NCBI GenBank assembly: GCA_018714085.1
Contig: DVNY01000176.1
Location: 388-64,387 of the forward strand
Length of the DNA stretch: 64,000 bases
Source: Candidatus Caccomonas pullistercoris
GTDB lineage: Bacteria; Bacteroidota; Bacteroidia; Bacteroidales; Bacteroidaceae
Reading direction: 5' to 3'
This document shows, piece after piece, positions 40,999-50,750 of this stretch. The notes under the pieces were generated by a model that was not told the origin of the DNA, ran no database searches, and saw nothing but the letters and a program-made list of their open reading frames with translations. The position numbers and the translations under genes are program-made. Position 1 is the stretch's first letter. Every line of letters begins with the position of its first letter.

Positions 40999-43590
40999 AT
41001 GAGTAGAGAAAGTCAGAGCCTATGGGCAAAAGTCGCGTTGTTCTTTTGTTGGCTCGGAAGAAAAATAAAAGCTGCCGGGCGGTGGTATGTCGGTCTTTAT
41101 CGAGGTACGCCGTGGTATAAGAAGTTGTGTGCGGCAGTGCTGTCGTTCCTGGCGTTTGTCGTGTTCTATATTTTCGCCGTATCCGTCAACCTGTTCTGGC
41201 TGTTCGGACGTTCGCCGTCGATCAACAGCATTATGAATCCCCGGACTGCCGCTGCGTCAGAAATATACAGTGAAGACAGTGTGTTGATCGGACGCTTTTT
41301 CAGCGAGAACCGTCAGCCTGTTCCGTACGACTCCATCAGCCCCGTGTTTTTCGATGCTTTGATTTCGACCGAAGACGAACGTTTCTATCGTCATCACGGT
41401 ATTGATTTTCAAGGCCTTGTGGCTGCAGTGAAAGACGCGTTCCGAGGCCGGGCACGTGGGGCGTCGACCATTACGCAACAATTAGTGAAGAACATGTTCC
41501 GCGTCCGGACGGAGTATTCAACCGGATTGCTCGGTTACATTCCCGGGGTGAAGATACTTGTCATGAAGAGCAAGGAGATGATTCTTGCTGTCGAGTTGGA
41601 GATGTTTTATTCCAAGCGCGAGATTCTGAACATGTATGCCAACACGGTTGATTTCGGTTCAAACGCTTTCGGGATAAAGACTGCCGCGAAGACCTACTTT
41701 GACACGACGCCTTCGCGCTTGAAGCCGGAAGAGGCTGCCGTCCTTGTGGGGCTTCTGAAAGCGACCTCAGCCTACAATCCCCGAATTAATCCCGACAACA
41801 GCCTTCGCCGGCGCAACACGGTGCTCGACAACATGTGCACCCATGGCCATCTGACCCCAGCGGAATGCGATTCGCTGAAAGATCTGCCCATTGACCTGAA
41901 ATTTAAGGTCGAGACAGTCTATGACGGGAAAGCCTTGTACTTCCGTGAAGCCGTGGCCGATTACCTGAAAGAGAAACTGCCCGACGTCGACCTTTATTCC
42001 GACGGCTTGAAGATATACACCACGTTGAACATGCGGATGCAGCGTTACGCCGAAGCTGCTGTGAGCAAGCAGATGCGTATCGTTCAGCGCAATTTTGATA
42101 ACCACTGGGGCAAGCGGGCTCCGTGGGTGGACGAGCGAGGGCAGGAGATACCTCATTTCATAGAGGACCTGGCTGAAAAGACTGACGCCTACAAAATCCT
42201 GTCGGCGCGCTATCCCGATACGCCGGACTCGGTAACTTACTATTTGAACCAGCCACATCCGGTCAAGCTCTTCACGTATGACGGGCCGAAGACCGAGATG
42301 ATGAGCACGATGGACTCCATTCGTTACATGGTGCGTTTCATGCACACGGGTTTTGTGGCAATGGAACCGGAAAACGGACATGTGAAAGTGTGGGTCGGCG
42401 ATATCGATTTCCAGGCTTGGAAGTATGACAAGGTGACGGCCATGCGCCAGCCCGGTTCGACGTTCAAACTTTTTGTGTACACCGAGGCGATGAACCAAGG
42501 CATGACTCCGGCCGACCGTATGCGTGACGAGTTCATCAGCATGGAGGTCTACGATGCCAAGAAGAAGGAAACGACGCTTTGGCAGCCCCATAACGCCAAC
42601 GGCTACTTCACCGGCGATTCCATTCCCCTGCGTGCCGCTTTCGCGCGAAGCATCAACACGATAGCCGTCAAACTCGGACAGCGCGCGGGAATAGACCGCG
42701 TCGCCGAGACAGCCCATGCTATGGGCATCAAATCACCTTTGGACGAAACCCCGGCTTTGGCCTTGGGCGCGAGCGACGTGAACCTCTTGGAGATGGTCAA
42801 TGCTTACGCCACAGTGGCAAACAACGGCCGTCATGTCGAGCCTGTCTTGGTGACGAAAGTCGTCGACCGCGACGGCGAGGTCATCTATGAAGCGGCGGAA
42901 GAAGGGGAACAAGTCATTCCCTATCGCTCCGCGTTCTTCATGCAACAACTTTTGCGGGCCGGCGTCAACGACGGTGGAGGCACCTCGCAGTCCCTGCGCC
43001 GCTATGTGGGGCAGTATGCCCGGGAAGTCGACTTCGGAGGAAAGACCGGAACTTCGAACAATCACTCTGACGCTTGGTTCATCGGCACGACGCCCGGTCT
43101 CGTCGGCGGGGCTTGGGTCGGCGGCGAATACCGCAGTATCCATTTCCGCACCGGAGCGCTGGGACAGGGTAGCCGCACGGCTTTGCCCATCTTCGGTTAT
43201 TTCATGGAAAGTGTGCTCGGTGACCCGCTTTTCCACGACAAGTATGCCCGGAAATATGGCGACCCGAAAGAAAAGATTGATGCTTCGCTTTACGAAGTGA
43301 CCTATGCTCCTGCGCGGCTCGATACCGACACGGTGGCTGTGGATTCTACTGTCATCATGATGGGCGACTCCTTGGGAGTTGAACTGCGTTTTGACGAGAA
43401 TGGCGTGCCGTCCCTCGTGCCCGCGCATTCGTCTGATTCAACAGCGCGGCCTGCATCCACGACTACCACTCCGGCCGCGAGGGTGACTCAGAAAGACGCG
43501 GACCAGGAACTGAGTCGGCGCGAGCGGCGCAAACTGCGCCGTCAGCAGAAGAAGGCTGGCGAGGTGCAAGGAGCACAAGACCTGATATAG
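40999..43590 (+). CDS. Class A penicillin-binding protein (PBP1A-like transglycosylase/transpeptidase)
   Basis: EDERFYRHHG, GASTITQQLVKN (GT51); PGSTFK, SIN, KTGT (transpeptidase). Confidence 0.95.
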   Translation: MSRESQSLWAKVALFFCWLGRKIKAAGRWYVGLYRGTPWYKKLCAAVLSFLAFVVFYIFAVSVNLFWLFGRSPSINSIMNPRTAAASEIYSEDSVLIGRFFSENRQPVPYDSISPVFFDALISTEDERFYRHHGIDFQGLVAAVKDAFRGRARGASTITQQLVKNMFRVRTEYSTGLLGYIPGVKILVMKSKEMILAVELEMFYSKREILNMYANTVDFGSNAFGIKTAAKTYFDTTPSRLKPEEAAVLVGLLKATSAYNPRINPDNSLRRRNTVLDNMCTHGHLTPAECDSLKDLPIDLKFKVETVYDGKALYFREAVADYLKEKLPDVDLYSDGLKIYTTLNMRMQRYAEAAVSKQMRIVQRNFDNHWGKRAPWVDERGQEIPHFIEDLAEKTDAYKILSARYPDTPDSVTYYLNQPHPVKLFTYDGPKTEMMSTMDSIRYMVRFMHTGFVAMEPENGHVKVWVGDIDFQAWKYDKVTAMRQPGSTFKLFVYTEAMNQGMTPADRMRDEFISMEVYDAKKKETTLWQPHNANGYFTGDSIPLRAAFARSINTIAVKLGQRAGIDRVAETAHAMGIKSPLDETPALALGASDVNLLEMVNAYATVANNGRHVEPVLVTKVVDRDGEVIYEAAEEGEQVIPYRSAFFMQQLLRAGVNDGGGTSQSLRRYVGQYAREVDFGGKTGTSNNHSDAWFIGTTPGLVGGAWVGGEYRSIHFRTGALGQGSRTALPIFGYFMESVLGDPLFHDKYARKYGDPKEKIDASLYEVTYAPARLDTDTVAVDSTVIMMGDSLGVELRFDENGVPSLVPAHSSDSTARPASTTTTPAARVTQKDADQELSRRERRKLRRQQKKAGEVQGAQDLI

Positions 43591-43676
43591 CCTCGCGCCG
43601 CCGCTGCAGGATGCGCCACAATGCGTTGAAGCGTATTCTTGAATGCAAATCATTTCATCACGCGTACCGACAGTTT

Positions 43677-44684
43677 ATGTGTTTGCAACGAACTTCAATT
43701 TTTCAGAGCCGTCCGTTCGTGGCGGCTCTTCTCTTATGTGCGTGCTTCCTGTCCGGGGAAACGCTGTGCGCTTTCTGCGACGACCGTCAAGCTGCATCCA
43801 TAGCCGCGGGCCATTACCTACCTCCGGCGCCCGATTATGCCGATTCGACGATGTGGTTTGTGCAGAAAAACGATACGACAGGAAGAGGGGCGGATGTGTT
43901 CTACATCGTGTCAACGTGGGAGAAGGATTGGACGACTGCCGATGGTGTCCTCTGCCATTACGCTGACGTGTACAACGCCGCCCATCGCGCGGATATGAAC
44001 AGGGAGATCAGCCGCATTGCCGCCTACATGGGCGAGGGCAATGACTTTTATTCGCCATACTACCGCCACATGACGATCGAAATGTGGGCCACGCAGAACG
44101 AGGATACGGTGAACAAGTACGTCGCCTTGGCCATGGACGATGTGCGCGCAGCTTTTCAGGAGTTTCAGCGTCGGCGCAATCCCCGGCGCCCCTTCGTCTT
44201 GGCCGGGTTTAGTCAAGGTGGGCGCGCCGTAGTCGAACTGCTGAAAACGATGCCTGCCGACCTCCACCGTTATCTTGTGGCGGCCTATGTGTTGGGATAT
44301 AAGGTGACGCCCGACGACGTGGCGGCTACGACGAACATAAGGGCAGCGCAGGATTCGACAGACACAGGCGTGACCGTCTGCTACAACTCTGTCTCTGATG
44401 TTCGCTATGTCAAGCCCATTGTCAGTGCCCCCTGCGCCATGTGCATCAACCCCGTGAACTGGCGCACCGACGCCACGCCTGCCGTGCTCGACGATACGGT
44501 GACGGTCAGCGTGTCGCCTGAGCATCGTGTCTTGGTCGTCCGTGGATACAGCGGGGCGGAGTATCGTCCTATTCTCGGTTTCCTGAATGTGGGCGACTTC
44601 CATGGCGCAGAGCCTTGGCTCTATCAGGAGTGCTTGCGCCGCAACATACAGGCGCGCGTCCGGGCCTATCACAACAAGCGTTGA
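43677..44684 (+). CDS. DUF3089-like alpha/beta hydrolase
   Basis: ADVFYI, SPYYR, PFVLAGFSQG nucleophile elbow, CINPVNW; start uncertain (43611 possible). Confidence 0.75.
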   Translation: MCLQRTSIFQSRPFVAALLLCACFLSGETLCAFCDDRQAASIAAGHYLPPAPDYADSTMWFVQKNDTTGRGADVFYIVSTWEKDWTTADGVLCHYADVYNAAHRADMNREISRIAAYMGEGNDFYSPYYRHMTIEMWATQNEDTVNKYVALAMDDVRAAFQEFQRRRNPRRPFVLAGFSQGGRAVVELLKTMPADLHRYLVAAYVLGYKVTPDDVAATTNIRAAQDSTDTGVTVCYNSVSDVRYVKPIVSAPCAMCINPVNWRTDATPAVLDDTVTVSVSPEHRVLVVRGYSGAEYRPILGFLNVGDFHGAEPWLYQECLRRNIQARVRAYHNKR

Positions 44685-44690
44685 GGCCAT

Positions 44691-44780
44691 CCTGACGGAA
44701 GCAGTGACAGGATTTACAGAAGAAGTTCCCGTTTTTCCTATCACTGCTTTCGTAAAGCCTGTCAGTATATCCGTATTTTT
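44691..44780. repeat. 21-bp-period repeat/hairpin between convergent DUF3089 and HD genes
   Basis: CGGAAGCAGTGACAGGA...TCCTATCACTGCTTTCG imperfect hairpin; 44727-44771 matches 35733-35777 at about 36 of 45 positions (hand count). Confidence 0.75.
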
Positions 44781-44785
44781 TAACG

Positions 44786-44832
44786 CTGCCACCCCTTGTC
44801 CGCTTCACAGTGAAGCGGGGCAACGGGTGCAG
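44786..44832. terminator. Hairpin between convergent genes (possible terminator)
   Basis: CACCC.TTG.CCGCTTCAC-A-GTGAAGCGG..CAA.GGGTG. Confidence 0.5.
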
Positions 44833-44904
44833 TGTTTGTGTCTGTCAGACAGTTTGTCCGGTAATGCTCCGCGTCGAAAAGACTTGCGGGGACGGCTGCT
44901 GGCG

Positions 44905-46128
44905 TCAGTCCGTGCGCATGTAGTAGAGATAGAGCTTGTGGTCGGCGCAGTCGGCAGTTTCGGAGTCGATGAGCGAAGAGACGGAAGCGACGTCACGTAT
45001 GCTTTCGTCGGGATAGAGAATGCCGATGCCGTCGGCCGTCGTAGAGTACATTTCCTTGGTCTCTCTGCGGGTGCTGACAAAGTAGGCGGCCTCGTCCGCC
45101 GTGATGCCCAAGCGGCTGGCTATCGCGGCTCGGAGTGATTGTAACCGTTCTTCCGACGGTGGCTCTTGGAGCACTTCAACCTTGAACAGGCGGCGGTTGA
45201 TGAAAGCGTCAGCCAGCAGGGCCAGCACGCGGTCGTCGTGGTGGCGCCACACTTTGAGTGCGTTGATGACATCGCTGTCGTCCAGTTCCGCGAAGAGTTC
45301 CAAGCATCTTGGGCCGCTGTGAAAGGTTTGTGCATCGACGTGATTGTACAGGAAGAAGCGTAAGGCCGGCGATGCGAACAGGGCGACGTCCCGCTGCGCC
45401 AGCTCTTTGGCACGCCGGAGCGCGGCGGTGAGCACGGTCTCGCCGGAGGTCGCCGTTTTGTGCAGGTAGACCTGCCAGTACATCAGTCGCCGCGCCATCA
45501 GGTAGTTCTCCACCGAAAGCAGGCCTTTCTGTTCCACGACGAGGCGGTCGTCGTGCACGTTGAGCGTCTGTATGATGCGTTCGGCGCCGATGTTGCCTTC
45601 GCGGACTCCGGTGAAGAAACTGTCACGGCAGAGGTAGTCCAGACGGTCCATGTCGAGCTGGCTGCAAATCAGTTCGTGGAGGAAACGTTTGCCGTAGTCG
45701 TCTTTGAAAATCTTGATCGCCAGATTGAGTTGCCCGTGCAGTTCACTGTTGATTTCTTCCATCATCATGAGGGAAATGTCCTCGTGGCTTACGCCGTCGA
45801 TAAAGACCTTTTCCAGCACGTGCGAGAACGGACCGTGCCCCATGTCGTGCATCAGGATGGCGGCCTCGACGGCTTCGATTTCGGAGTCGAAGATGAAAAC
45901 GCCTTTCGAGGTGAGGCTCTCGATGGCGCGGTGCATCAGGTGGTAGGCGCCGAGCGAGTGCAGAAAGCGGGTGTGCTGCGCGCCGGGATAGACCAGTCCG
46001 GCCAATCCCAGCTGGCGGATGCGGTGGAGTCGTTGGAAGTAAGGGTGTTTGATGATGTCGCAGAGCAGCCCGCGCGGCACTTCGGTGAAGCCGTAGACAG
46101 GGTCGTTGATGATGAGGCGGTCGGTCAT
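44905..46128 (-). CDS. HD-domain phosphohydrolase (dNTP triphosphohydrolase-like)
   Basis: NDPVYG, FQRLHRIRQLG..VYPGAQHTRFLHSLG, HDMGHGPFSH, DMDRLDYL.RD, MYWQVYLHK. Confidence 0.92.
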   Translation of the reverse strand: MTDRLIINDPVYGFTEVPRGLLCDIIKHPYFQRLHRIRQLGLAGLVYPGAQHTRFLHSLGAYHLMHRAIESLTSKGVFIFDSEIEAVEAAILMHDMGHGPFSHVLEKVFIDGVSHEDISLMMMEEINSELHGQLNLAIKIFKDDYGKRFLHELICSQLDMDRLDYLCRDSFFTGVREGNIGAERIIQTLNVHDDRLVVEQKGLLSVENYLMARRLMYWQVYLHKTATSGETVLTAALRRAKELAQRDVALFASPALRFFLYNHVDAQTFHSGPRCLELFAELDDSDVINALKVWRHHDDRVLALLADAFINRRLFKVEVLQEPPSEERLQSLRAAIASRLGITADEAAYFVSTRRETKEMYSTTADGIGILYPDESIRDVASVSSLIDSETADCADHKLYLYYMRTD

Positions 46129-46229
46129 GTCGTTCAGTGGTAGGGTGGGTGTGTGGATGGGCGGTCAAAGCGACGGCCGCCTTCCTGCCCGAGGGGCGTG
46201 AGAAAGGCGGCCGCTGTTGTTTGGCAGTG

Positions 46230-47060
46230 TCAGATGATGCCGTGTTGGCGGAGCTGCCCGGCCATCTGTTCTTGCAGTTCCTTGGCCTTGACTGCGGCCA
46301 CGTCGGCGAAGTCCGTCCCGCCCGACGCGTAGATGATGCCGCGCGATGAGTTGACGAGCAGGCCGCATTCGGTGTTCATGCCGTAGCGGCAGACTTCTTC
46401 GAGCGAACCGCCCTGTGCACCGACGCCCGGCACGAGCAGGAAGTGGTCGGGGACGATGCGGCGGATGTCAGCGAAGAGGCTGCCCTGCGTGGCGCCGACC
46501 ACGTACATCATGCGGTCCGGGCCGGCCCATTGCTGCGACGTGCGCAGCACCCGTTCGAACAGTCGCTCACCCGCTTTGTCCTCGGTCAGCTGGAAATCGT
46601 GCGAACCCTTGTTGCTCGTCAGGGCGAGCAGGATGACCCATTTCCCGTCATAGCCAAGGAAAGGCGTGACGCTGTCTTCACCCATGTAGGGCGCTACGGT
46701 CAGGGCGTCGATGTCCATCTCCTCGAAGAACGAGCGGGCATACATGGCCGACGTGTTGCCGATGTCGCCGCGCTTGGCGTCGGCGATGATGAACTGGTCG
46801 GGGTAGTTTTCCTTCAAGTAGGCCACCGTCTTCTCGAAGGCCGCCCAGCCTTTCAGCCCGCCACACTCGTAGAAAGCGAGGTTCGGCTTATAGGCTACGC
46901 AATAAGGCGCCGTGGCGTCAATGATGGCTTTGTTGAACGCGAAGATGGGGTCGTCCTCGCCGAGCAGGTGGGCGGGAATCTTTTTGATGTCCGTGTCGAG
47001 ACCTACGCAGAGGAACGACGCTTTCCGCCGTATGTTCGCGATGATTGCTTGTCTGTCCAT
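46230..47060 (-). CDS. pyrF: Orotidine-5'-phosphate decarboxylase
   Basis: [46 protein letters not shown]. Confidence 0.97.
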   Translation of the reverse strand: MDRQAIIANIRRKASFLCVGLDTDIKKIPAHLLGEDDPIFAFNKAIIDATAPYCVAYKPNLAFYECGGLKGWAAFEKTVAYLKENYPDQFIIADAKRGDIGNTSAMYARSFFEEMDIDALTVAPYMGEDSVTPFLGYDGKWVILLALTSNKGSHDFQLTEDKAGERLFERVLRTSQQWAGPDRMMYVVGATQGSLFADIRRIVPDHFLLVPGVGAQGGSLEEVCRYGMNTECGLLVNSSRGIIYASGGTDFADVAAVKAKELQEQMAGQLRQHGII

Positions 47061-47103
47061 TGGTTTGATGTGTATGGGGTTGGATGTTTCTTGTTGCTTT
47101 GTG

Positions 47104-47111
47104 CAAAGTTA
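47104..47111 (-). promoter_or_regulatory. -7 promoter box for pyrF
   Basis: TAACTTTG about 44 nt upstream of the start codon. Confidence 0.7.
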
Positions 47112-47147
47112 CGCATTTCCCGCGAGATGCCGCCGGGCGGCGTTGGG

Positions 47148-48872
47148 CTACTTGGCGAGCAGCGTGCCGGCGAGCGTGAGGGTGTTGACTTCGCGCTTGT
47201 CGGTGCGGGGAGTGGTGTAGTAGCTGAGGTCGAAGTTTTCGACCACGAGGCACGCTCGGCCGTTGCGGCTGGTCAGCACGCGGCTGGGCGTGGTGGTCGG
47301 GAGCGTGTCCCAACCGCGCAGTTCGTCGAGCGCGACGTCGAAAAGTAGCGACTTTCCGGTTTCGCCGGGCACCTTGCCCGTCAGGTTGAAGCAGACGGTG
47401 TCGCGGCGCAGTTCGTCGGGCGTGAAAGCCTGTGTGTAGTAGAAGTCTCTCAGCCGGGCCATGCTGTCGGGAAGGACGACGGTGGAGGTCGACACGAAGT
47501 TGCCTCTGAACGTGACGAATGCGGTTTCGTAGCGCGGGTCGACAACGGCGGGGACCACGTCGCCCTTGATGAACGCCGCGACGCTCTCGGGGCCGTAGGT
47601 GTCGAGGAGGTAGGCGAGCTTGTCGTTGACGTAGCGCGCCGTCTCGTCGGTCATGGCGTCGAGAGTGTGGCCGTAGGCTTCACGGTCCATGGGGCAGGCG
47701 GCTACGCCGCTGGCTTCGAGGGCGCGTTTCACTTCGCGCGTCAGCACGCGCTGCGTCGTTTGGACGATGCTCCACGGCCCCACGGAGGCGAGGAATACGA
47801 GCACGACGGGCGAGAGCAGCAACCATTTGATGCGGCGGGAGCGGGTGAAGATGAGGTAGAAGCAGGCGCCGTAGCACCAAAGGTTGAAGAGGAGCAGATA
47901 AAGGCGGCGGACGGTGAGGCCGTAGTCGTAGAGCCGCCGGCCTATGCCGACGCTCATCAGCACCAGCAGGGGCAGCATGAAAGCCGGGCCGTAGCGCGCC
48001 ACGAAGTCGTCGCGCTCCCAGCCGTCTGTGCGGCGCAGCGGCAGGAAAAGGTAGACCGCAAGCACCACGCCGCCCATCAGTGCGCTCACCAGCCCCGACA
48101 CCCATCCGTCGGGCAGGTTCCACGTCAGCAGGATGTAGGCCGCGTAGGCGTAGAGCACCACTGCGTAGGCGCAGAGCAGGGGATTGAGCACGTAGCGCAC
48201 GGCGTAGCGCGTCAGGGCGCCCACGGCATGGTGCTCCTGCCCCAACGCGTCGGGCGCGGGCATCCGGGCGAGGAACACGAGCGGCGCGCAGCAGACGAGG
48301 AAGATGGTCAGGCAGACCTCGGCGGCGTGCCCGCCCAGCGTGATGCCGAACAGTGGGTCGAGCGAGGCCAGCAGGAGCACGACGCCGCCGAAGAGAATGA
48401 GCCCGGTGAGCCCGGCGGCGAGGGCAGAGAAGACGAGACGCGAACAGAACCGGCGGAAGGCCAGTTCGCTCCGGCTGCGCAGATAGGGCAGGCCGGGCAG
48501 CAGCACGACGAGCAGGGCCACGGTGGCGGCGTTGGCCGTCGTGGTGGCGAGCGTCGTCCTCGTCTGGGTGTAGAGGTAGGCCGCATAGCCCAGCCAAAGG
48601 AGCTGCGTGGCGAGCGTGACGCTGTACGGGAGGCGTTTCGACCGCCGCGTCTCGCCCCACGTGGCGGTGACAGTGGCCAGCAGGGCGGCGGTGGCTAAAT
48701 AGTAGAGCACGACACCCTCTTCATATCCCGACCCGCTTTTCATGCCGAGTTGGTAGAGGATGGTTTTCAGGGTGAGCAGCAGGATGAACGCTGCGGGGAG
48801 AGGAAATCGGCGCAGGGTGCGGACAATGCCAAGCAGCCATCCGCGCATCAGGGTGGTGAGGGCGTTTTTCAT
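47148..48872 (-). CDS. DUF4153-like multi-pass membrane protein
   Basis: Start at MKNALTT (48872); RRFP, PLLCAYAVVLYAY...WNLPDGWVS, RRLYDYGLTVRRLY, GPW motifs; many TM segments. Confidence 0.8.
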   Translation of the reverse strand: MKNALTTLMRGWLLGIVRTLRRFPLPAAFILLLTLKTILYQLGMKSGSGYEEGVVLYYLATAALLATVTATWGETRRSKRLPYSVTLATQLLWLGYAAYLYTQTRTTLATTTANAATVALLVVLLPGLPYLRSRSELAFRRFCSRLVFSALAAGLTGLILFGGVVLLLASLDPLFGITLGGHAAEVCLTIFLVCCAPLVFLARMPAPDALGQEHHAVGALTRYAVRYVLNPLLCAYAVVLYAYAAYILLTWNLPDGWVSGLVSALMGGVVLAVYLFLPLRRTDGWERDDFVARYGPAFMLPLLVLMSVGIGRRLYDYGLTVRRLYLLLFNLWCYGACFYLIFTRSRRIKWLLLSPVVLVFLASVGPWSIVQTTQRVLTREVKRALEASGVAACPMDREAYGHTLDAMTDETARYVNDKLAYLLDTYGPESVAAFIKGDVVPAVVDPRYETAFVTFRGNFVSTSTVVLPDSMARLRDFYYTQAFTPDELRRDTVCFNLTGKVPGETGKSLLFDVALDELRGWDTLPTTTPSRVLTSRNGRACLVVENFDLSYYTTPRTDKREVNTLTLAGTLLAK

Positions 48873-48912
48873 GGCACTACGTTTTATGTGGCGGTCTGCC
48901 AAGTTGTTATTT

Positions 48913-49074
48913 GCAAAGATAGTGCAAACGAGCGGAAAGCAGGTCGAAAAGCCGCAGGTTTTTCGCCGGTCTTTCCCGAGTGCCGCCTGTCTTGGCGCAG
49001 CAAAGTGTGCAAACGAGTGGAAAGCAGGTCGAAAAGCCGTAGGTTTTTCGCCAGTCTTTCCCGAGTGCCGCCTG
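48913..49074 (-). repeat. Tandem pair (period 85 bp) of the promoter-associated element, subfamily B
   Basis: GTGCAAACGAG(C/T)GGAAAGCAGGTCGAAAAGCCG...CTTTCCCGAGTGCCGCCTG at 48922 and 49007; CAAAGATA at 48914. Confidence 0.92.
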
Positions 49075-49321
49075 GAATGTAGGAAATGGGCTGCGTCATT
49101 TATGATGTCCGGCGCCGGGACGGTACAACCTGTCTCCGCGTTGCGTGCGATGCTGTCGGGCGTTTGCGGCGGTGAATGCGCCGCCCGTGGCGGCGTTCCG
49201 TGTGTTTGCGGCAGCCTTCCGAGCGTCACAAGTGGCGCCCCTACGCTTGCGTTTGTGCGGTCAACGATGGTGGAGCGATATTCCGTATGTTCGCGGCGGC
49301 CTTTCAGACTTTCCGCCCTTG

Positions 49322-49436
49322 GTGACAAAGTTTTCGGACGCCGTGACAAAGTTCATTTCACATCGTGAAATTTGCAATTCACGTCGTGAAATATAAAAGT
49401 CACGACGTGAAATATATAATTCACGACGTGAAACAG
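49322..49436. repeat. 21-bp tandem array with four TTCACGWCGTGAA-like palindromes
   Basis: GTGAAA at 49365, 49386, 49407, 49428; GTGACAAAGTT at 49322 and 49343. Confidence 0.88.
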
Positions 49437-49470
49437 ACTTTTGCACTGCTGATGGGATTTTTCTCAGGGC

Positions 49471-49533
49471 GTCCGTCGTTTCTGTCGCCCTGCCCGTCGT
49501 TTCTGTCGTCTTGTCCGTTGTTTCTGTCAGGGT
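49471..49533. repeat. 21-bp tandem repeat (3 units)
   Basis: G(T/C)CCGT(C/T)GTTTCTGTC at 49471, 49492, 49513. Confidence 0.8.
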
Positions 49534-49559
49534 TCCCGCCCTTTCCGGCCGGCCAGACG

Positions 49560-49606
49560 AAAAAGCGGGCGCCCCGGCCGCAGGGTGCAGTCGGGGCGTC
49601 CGCTTC
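49560..49606 (-). terminator. Intrinsic terminator after prfA
   Basis: AAGCGGGCGCCCCGGC...GTCGGGGCGTCCGCTT hairpin with a minus-strand T tract. Confidence 0.75.
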
Positions 49607-49634
49607 GTGGGGCGTCGGGCCGGGTGTGCCCGGA

Positions 49635-50750
49635 TCAGAGTTCGGCCTCTTTCAGGCGCTCTGCGTTCTCGGCCACGATGAGGTGGTCGATGCAGTCTTG
49701 GATGTCGCCGTCCATGAAAGCCGCCAAGTTATAAATGGTGTAGTTGATGCGGTGGTCGGTGATGCGCCCCTGCGGATAGTTGTAGGTCCGGATCTTCGCG
49801 GAGCGGTCGCCGGTCGACACGAGGGTCTTGCGGCGCGAGGCGATGTCGTCCACGTATTTCTGGTGTTCCCGGTCGTAGATGAAGGTGCGCAGGCGGGCCA
49901 GCGCGCGTTCCTTGTTCTTCGGCTGGTCGCGGGTTTCGGTACACTCAATGAGGATTTCCTCCACCTCGCCGGTGTTGGGGTTTTTCCAGTTGTAGCGCAG
50001 GCGCACACCGCTCTCCACCTTGTTCACGTTCTGGCCGCCGGCGCCCGAGGAGCGGAAGGTGTCCCATTTTATCTCGCCCTCGTTGATGACCACGTCGAAT
50101 GCCTCGGCTTCGGGCAGGACGGCGACGGTGGCCGCCGAGGTGTGCACGCGCCCTTGCGTCTCAGTGGCCGGGACGCGCTGGACGCGGTGGACGCCACTCT
50201 CGTATTTGAGCGTGCCGTAGACGTCGGTGCCCGTGACGGAGCAGACGATCTCTTTGAAGCCTCCGGCGGCGCCTTCGCTGGCGCTGGACACCTCGAGGCG
50301 CCATCCCTTGCGCTCGGCGAACTTCGTGTACATGCGGAAGAGATCGCCGGCAAAGAGAGCCGCCTCGTCGCCGCCCGTGCCGCCGCGGATTTCCAGTATG
50401 GCGTTTTTGGCGTCCTCGGGATCCTTGGGCACGAGCATGAGCTTGATTTCTTCTTCGAGCTGCGGCAGGCGCTGCTCGCAGGCGGCCACTTCCTCGCGGG
50501 CCATCTCTTTGAGTTCGGGGTCGCTCTCGTTGAGCAGGAGGGTCTTGCTTTCGTCGAGGTTGCGGAGCAGGGCGGCGTATTCCTCACGGGCTGCCATGAG
50601 GTCTTCGAGCTCCTTGTATTCTTTGGTCAGGCGGACGTAGCGCGCCTGGTCGGTGATGACGGCGGGGTCAGTGATGAGCGTGCCCACTTCGGCAAAGCGC
50701 GATTGGAGCGCATCGAGTTTCTCTAAAAGCGTGTCAGCGTTTGCGGCCAT
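49635..50750 (-). CDS. prfA: Peptide chain release factor 1
   Basis: GTGGDEA, ESGVHRVQRVPAT (PxT), SSGAGGQNVNK (GGQ), KIRTYNYPQGRITDHRI. Confidence 0.98.
   Translation of the reverse strand: MAANADTLLEKLDALQSRFAEVGTLITDPAVITDQARYVRLTKEYKELEDLMAAREEYAALLRNLDESKTLLLNESDPELKEMAREEVAACEQRLPQLEEEIKLMLVPKDPEDAKNAILEIRGGTGGDEAALFAGDLFRMYTKFAERKGWRLEVSSASEGAAGGFKEIVCSVTGTDVYGTLKYESGVHRVQRVPATETQGRVHTSAATVAVLPEAEAFDVVINEGEIKWDTFRSSGAGGQNVNKVESGVRLRYNWKNPNTGEVEEILIECTETRDQPKNKERALARLRTFIYDREHQKYVDDIASRRKTLVSTGDRSAKIRTYNYPQGRITDHRINYTIYNLAAFMDGDIQDCIDHLIVAENAERLKEAEL

Noticed and set aside
44905-46128. HD protein as an anti-phage dNTPase
   Set aside because: Lies in the pyrF-HD housekeeping context with host-like composition and no defence neighbours.
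49356-49436. parS sites
   Set aside because: Half-sites resemble TGTTTCACGTGAAACA, but three extra central bases break the consensus; not called.
49261-49446. Heptad-repeat peptide ORFs (SRRELYI repeats; also 35617-35901 and 16031-16297)
   Set aside because: Periodicity follows from the 21-bp or 84-bp DNA repeats, which stay open in several frames; no independent coding evidence.
49322-49533. Possible mini-CRISPR array
   Set aside because: Period 21 bp with 8-bp linkers is far too short for repeat-spacer units; no cas genes in the window.
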